Positions 59,980 to 64,000 of a stretch of DNA of 64,000 nucleotides are shown in pieces. Location: positions 1-64,000 of IMG/VR virus record IMGVR_UViG_3300046777_001575, one strand, 5' to 3'. The DNA comes from a virus. A program made the translations under genes and the position numbers. Numbering within the stretch: position 1 is the first letter of the stretch; every line of letters begins with the position of its first letter. The notes below the pieces were generated by a model that was given only the letters and a program-made list of their open reading frames with translations, had not been told where the DNA came from and ran no database searches.

Positions 59980-60420
59980 TTATGCTCCAGTTACCTGATC
60001 AGTAATTGTTATTTTGCCAGTTAGTAGTGTGTGAACTAGTGGATAAGATTCTGGATTTCCTGCAGCGCCTGCTGGCTTTACCACCTCTACGTCATAAACG
60101 TATTCTGTTCCTGCAACTAGCGTTGTTGAGTCTTGCGGTCTAATTGCACACCTTACATGTGTTCCATCATCCCAAATTCTTGCATAGCAATTTATTTTAT
60201 TGGCAACTCCAGCAGTTCCTCTTGCTGTAGATATTGTAAATCTTGCACTATCATATGGGGCAATTGTATCAATTACGCCGTCTATTGTACTAGAAGAATC
60301 TGAGTCAATCTGGTAAGATGACAAATTAAAAACCGTTCCATCATTCTTTTTCGGGTAAATACGAAATTCAAAGGTATCACCCTTATAGTAGTTAAAGTCA
60401 TAAGTCGCTGGAAATGCCAT
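59980..60420 (-). CDS. BppU-N-like virion protein (putative)
   Basis: YYKGDTF...YVYDVEV...TLLTGKITI. Confidence 0.5.
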   Translation of the reverse strand: MAFPATYDFNYYKGDTFEFRIYPKKNDGTVFNLSSYQIDSDSSSTIDGVIDTIAPYDSARFTISTARGTAGVANKINCYARIWDDGTHVRCAIRPQDSTTLVAGTEYVYDVEVVKPAGAAGNPESYPLVHTLLTGKITITDQVTGA

Positions 60421-60427
60421 GGTTTTA

Positions 60428-61159
60428 TTATACCACGCTGACGTATACAGAATTGAAAATTACTGATGCATCAAAGTCTGTTCTTATCTGGGGGACGGCA
60501 CCATTTCCCCACATGTCTTTATCCTCTATAAAGATTTGCTGAGTAATAGAAAGTATATAAGTTCCTTGATATTTAAATGACCCTATTAACTGAACAAATT
60601 CTTTATCTTTGCTTGGAAAATAGGTTCTTATCCAAACCTCTGTATTTGATGTATGGGTGGTTAGTTCAAAGTTATAGGTTACAAATACCTGAGATCCTTC
60701 TTTTATACCGTGAAAGTTTAAAGCCCTTTGATTACTATTCCAGAGACTTGTACATTCCGCAGGAAGATATGTTTCATTTTGTCTTTTTCCTTTAGTATCA
60801 AGAATAAGAGTTACCCACCCATCATCTCCTTGAGTAATACCCAACTTTATTGGTTTATCGAGCATATTAGTATATGATGCCCAGCCAGCCTGCTGACCAG
60901 CGGAAGATAAAGAACTTAATCCATCTTTTCCAGAAGGTCCTTGAGGACCTCTTGGCCCCTGCTTACCCTCTGGGCCTGGTTCTCCCTGCTTACCATCTTT
61001 TCCATCTCTGCCTGCAGGTCCTTGAGGCCCAACTGGTCCAGGAACTGGGAGGAAAGATAATGTATTTTCCGATGAAACACTAGTTTTATTTTGCTCAACT
61101 TGTGCAGCATAAGATGTTTTTTTTGCGCTAGGAAAATCCATGGATTTAGAAACTGCCAT
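60428..61159 (-). CDS. Collagen-like (Gly-X-Y) fibre protein
   Basis: PGPVGPQGPAGRDGKDGKQGEPGPEGKQGPRGPQGPSGKDG. Confidence 0.8.
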   Translation of the reverse strand: MAVSKSMDFPSAKKTSYAAQVEQNKTSVSSENTLSFLPVPGPVGPQGPAGRDGKDGKQGEPGPEGKQGPRGPQGPSGKDGLSSLSSAGQQAGWASYTNMLDKPIKLGITQGDDGWVTLILDTKGKRQNETYLPAECTSLWNSNQRALNFHGIKEGSQVFVTYNFELTTHTSNTEVWIRTYFPSKDKEFVQLIGSFKYQGTYILSITQQIFIEDKDMWGNGAVPQIRTDFDASVIFNSVYVSVV

Positions 61160-61176
61160 AGGAGCATTATCTCATA

Positions 61177-61623
61177 TTATTCACAAATATAAGAAAATGA
61201 CATATGAAATTTATCATTAGTATCTAAAATAAATGGAGAATTATGATCAAATGGCTCATCAAGTGCACTTGACTTTAAGTTCCAAACTGTCATACCAATA
61301 CTTCCAGGTGATAAATGACCTTTAATACTATAATGATCAGTAGCACCATTATTTGCATGATGAATTGATCCACCATAAACATCTGTATGATACTTTGATG
61401 CTATTGGCAGTGTCAATGAATACTGCCCAGTTCCAAAATTAGTAACAGTTGTAAATAATACATCTATCTGCACAGTTACTAAATTACCAATTTTAATGTA
61501 AGAGCCAGTTGCTGGTGTTCCAGTAAATGTTAATCCTGTAGCAGACCATATCGGATTATACGAATTAATTTTTGTAGTAAGTCCTCCGACATCTCCGAAG
61601 GCGGGATGTGTAAAACGTGCCAT
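61177..61623 (-). CDS. Fibre/receptor-binding-like beta protein
   Basis: GSYIKIGNLVTVQI...GQYSLTLP. Confidence 0.55.
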   Translation of the reverse strand: MARFTHPAFGDVGGLTTKINSYNPIWSATGLTFTGTPATGSYIKIGNLVTVQIDVLFTTVTNFGTGQYSLTLPIASKYHTDVYGGSIHHANNGATDHYSIKGHLSPGSIGMTVWNLKSSALDEPFDHNSPFILDTNDKFHMSFSYICE

Positions 61624-61904
61624 TATGAACCACTTTCAAGACTTGTTCTTAATACTGCTAATTTCATTTCGTTTACAGAAGATATTGCATATAGAGCATC
61701 TTCGCCAGGTAACTCAAAAGAAATAGAATGGTTTGGCATAATTCTAAATCCATAGGATAAAGATGTAACATCTTCGGCCCCAATGTATATGTATCCAGAG
61801 TCATTTACATTTTGCAATGTTATGTCCATGCCAGAATGAGAACCATTTGGGGTAAGCCTTGTTGCTTCTGTGTTACTAAGAGTTCTTAGTACATGCTGTG
61901 TCAT
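61623..61904 (-). CDS. Small beta-rich virion protein
   Basis: LQN...IYIG...GFRIMPNHSISF...LYAIS. Confidence 0.5.
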   Translation of the reverse strand: MTQHVLRTLSNTEATRLTPNGSHSGMDITLQNVNDSGYIYIGAEDVTSLSYGFRIMPNHSISFELPGEDALYAISSVNEMKLAVLRTSLESGS

Positions 61905-61991
61905 TTATTTACCTACCTTAAAGGTTTTATTTTTTATTTTAATTGTTGATGGGAGTTGTGGTTTTGGTGATGAAACCTTAATTACTGCCAT
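61905..61991 (-). CDS. 28-aa basic micro-ORF (not in ORF track)
   Basis: MAVIKVSSPKPQLPSTIKIKNKTFKVGK; TAATG overlap upstream and stop directly abutting the next ATG. Confidence 0.55.
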   Translation of the reverse strand: MAVIKVSSPKPQLPSTIKIKNKTFKVGK

Positions 61992-62392
61992 TATAGACTC
62001 CCAGTGACATCGCCAATTACAGATATAGTTCCAATAACTGGAGTCCAAATTGTCGGTCCATCCATATTAACATTTGGTCCATCAATAGTTACCTGAAGAT
62101 CAAACATTAGTTCAGCAACTATACTCTTATATCCACTGCCCCAAAGTTCTGTTATTGAGGCTGGAGCCATAATGTCGACATACCCTGCGCCAGGAGTTAC
62201 CTCTAGTTCATCCAGGAAATCTGTTTTTGAATCATAACTTGTTGCTTTATAGGTCCAGTCAGAGGTATCAAAATATGTAGTTTCATCATCTTCTAAAAAT
62301 TCAATACGAAGCGGAGAGGTATCTCCTCTGACTACATTCCACTTGATAGATACTGGATCTGCTCCAAACACCTCTGGGCCACACATACTCAT
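61991..62392 (-). CDS. BppU-N-like virion protein, paralog of 51863-52273
   Basis: WNVVRGDTS...FDLQV...WTPVIGTI..IGDVT; leaderless start 7 nt after TGGTATAAT. Confidence 0.55.
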   Translation of the reverse strand: MSMCGPEVFGADPVSIKWNVVRGDTSPLRIEFLEDDETTYFDTSDWTYKATSYDSKTDFLDELEVTPGAGYVDIMAPASITELWGSGYKSIVAELMFDLQVTIDGPNVNMDGPTIWTPVIGTISVIGDVTGSL

Positions 62393-62410
62393 AATCTTGA
62401 TTATACCATG

Positions 62411-62466
62411 AAAATTGACTAATACCAAGGTTGGTGGGTATAGGACAAACCAAGGTATTAGCCAAT
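62411..62466 (-). ncRNA. Candidate ~55-nt hairpin small RNA
   Basis: TGGTATAAT at 62473-62481, then stem UUGGCUAAUACC/GGUAUUAGUCAA followed by UUUU. Confidence 0.4.
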
Positions 62467-62736
62467 AATAAAATTATACCATAATAGACAAAAAGGACAT
62501 GATATTAAAGTTTACCAAATTGTTACAATTGATAATGTCCGTTTTGTTACTTTTAAGATGAAATGCCAGGATTGGGATGGTGTATACTTAAATATATATA
62601 AGAAAAGAAATATCCTTATAGTTTTAAAAACTATCTTATATATAATATATAGGAGAAAAATGAGAAAAATAGTTAATCGAATTAAGTTGTATTTTATCAA
62701 AAGAAAAAATAAAAATCAAAGATATATCTATTAAAA

Positions 62737-62991
62737 TTAAATTTTGTTTTTTGATATATATTCTATAAGTATATCGTACATGTGGTCTAGTTTTCGACTC
62801 ATATCTTTTCTTTTTTCGTCTGCGTCATTAATACGATTTTCAAGCCTATTAACCTGGTCTTTTAGCGATGATCCAGAATTCGGTTTAAGTTCGCTTAAAT
62901 AATGTTTTACAAGCCACTTGATTCCAAAAGCAATTGATGATACAATTGTTAAAATGGCTACAATTAACGAAGCCCAATCTTGTACGGTCAT
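62737..62991 (-). CDS. Small membrane protein (holin-like), TM + coiled coil
   Basis: WASLIVAILTIVSSIAFGIKWLV...ELKPNSGSSLKDQVNRLE. Confidence 0.6.
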   Translation of the reverse strand: MTVQDWASLIVAILTIVSSIAFGIKWLVKHYLSELKPNSGSSLKDQVNRLENRINDADEKRKDMSRKLDHMYDILIEYISKNKI

Positions 62992-63020
62992 GAAAATATT
63001 ATAAGGGGTATTTTAACAAA

Positions 63021-63791
63021 ATGAAAACAGACATACTTGAAACATTAGAGCATTCTAAGAATTTAATAATATCCCCTGATATGGATGGTTTTATGACCGC
63101 AAAATTAATAGAGCGTTTTAACGGTTCGCAAATAGTAGGTTCGTATGATAAAAATATTTTATGTCTCGCCGACGGGATAAATCCAGAAGAGTGCTTGTTC
63201 GTCGACTGCGACATGAATCGTCAAGAGTATGTATCTTTAGGAAACCATATGCGGTTATTAAAAGACAATATGTCAGTTGAGTCATTCAATCCGAATGTGC
63301 ACTTCGGCGTTTCGACATATAGCGACAAGTTTCCTTTCGCAACCGCTTTTTTGGTTTCGTTCGCAACAGAGGTTCAAACCTCCAATTCTGACCTAATACG
63401 CATGGCCTTTGCTGATTCAACTCTCAAGAACATGGAGAAGTATGAGCCTAACATGCGAAACTGGTCAAAACGGATGGATCATGATGCAGTAAAGTACATA
63501 ATAGACAATTCGGACATTGCAAAATCAAATGATGCACAGGCAAGGTTTGATTATGTTGATCAAGCATTTGTATCAAAACGTTACGGCAAGGAAAGATATT
63601 TGGATACCCTAAATAAGGCCCTAGAAGCGCAGGGGATGAAGTTTCAAACCCTAACTAAGGGTATTAAGTACATATGCGATAAAGTTGGCATAGAAACCCT
63701 TATAAGGTATAATAGAGATATAATCTCATATGCCGAGATATTTACAGGAGAATATTCTGTTACTTACGACCAAGAAAAGGAATGGGTATGA
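63021..63791 (+). CDS. DHH-like phosphoesterase (putative)
   Basis: IISPDMDG (DxDG motif), LFVDCD, GNH, ADS; the DHH signature is degenerate. Confidence 0.45.
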   Translation: MKTDILETLEHSKNLIISPDMDGFMTAKLIERFNGSQIVGSYDKNILCLADGINPEECLFVDCDMNRQEYVSLGNHMRLLKDNMSVESFNPNVHFGVSTYSDKFPFATAFLVSFATEVQTSNSDLIRMAFADSTLKNMEKYEPNMRNWSKRMDHDAVKYIIDNSDIAKSNDAQARFDYVDQAFVSKRYGKERYLDTLNKALEAQGMKFQTLTKGIKYICDKVGIETLIRYNRDIISYAEIFTGEYSVTYDQEKEWV

Positions 63792-63973
63792 CAAAAGAAG
63801 AAGTTATTCAAACAATGATTGATACAGTAAATGTTTATAATATTAATTTAATGAAGCAAGCCAAGATGAGCGAAGATGAAATTACAAAAAATATTGACGG
63901 ACAGTACCCCGCACTTCACTACATGTTTACTTTAATATATGATGATCTTGAAGTTAAGGATGCTTTTAAGTAG
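63782..63973 (+). CDS. Hypothetical protein
   Basis: Overlaps the upstream stop; ~63 aa. Confidence 0.5.
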   Translation: MGMTKEEVIQTMIDTVNVYNINLMKQAKMSEDEITKNIDGQYPALHYMFTLIYDDLEVKDAFK

Positions 63974-64000
63974 AATCTGAAAAAAATTATTTGCCACAAC

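Noticed and set aside
62512-62700. 62-aa hydrophobic ORF in the AT-rich region
   Set aside because: Its I/F/L/Y/K composition is what AT-rich non-coding DNA produces by chance, and it has no clear RBS.
1-64000. tRNA genes, integrase, terminase
   Set aside because: None recognised by eye and intergenic gaps are short. They may lie outside the window; tRNAscan and HMM searches would confirm.

Overview
The window is a 64-kb segment of a large, AT-rich, long-tailed (siphovirus-like) dsDNA phage. The host is most likely an actinobacterium; this is inferred from gene content, a PASTA domain and many leaderless genes, not demonstrated. Almost all genes are on the minus strand. In window order the modules are: (i) 1-10.6 kb, replication/recombination (Cas4-like nuclease, resolvase, RecA-like, DnaE-type Pol III alpha, SSB, primase, DnaB-like helicase, HTH protein); (ii) 10.6-41 kb, tail and head genes (minor tail proteins, a 2982-aa tape measure, two paralogous tail chaperones, major tail, connectors, major capsid, protease/scaffold, portal, LamG-like protein); (iii) 41-44.2 kb, a cobalamin module (class II RNR, DUF4430/transcobalamin-like membrane protein, small membrane ORF, PduO-type adenosyltransferase); (iv) 44.3-63 kb, fibre/decoration genes interleaved with tailoring enzymes. 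The most notable signal is two parallel 'repeat-rich virion protein plus tailoring enzymes' cassettes. In the first, a 1010-aa Pro/Thr-rich, Cys-rich, PASTA-containing fibre is followed by an operon with a prolyl-4-hydroxylase-like 2OG-Fe(II) oxygenase, a second oxygenase and a GT60 (Skp1-hydroxyproline GlcNAc-transferase-like) glycosyltransferase. In the second, an FN3-(F-G/S-A)20-Hint autoprocessing protein is followed by a GNAT and two unknown genes. Other observations are a kinase-like domain inside the tape measure, chaperone duplication in place of a frameshift, promoters built into stop codons that feed leaderless mRNAs, and a candidate ~55-nt hairpin sRNA. I saw no terminase, integrase, tRNA or CRISPR array. 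All family assignments come from motif recognition by eye; no searches were run.
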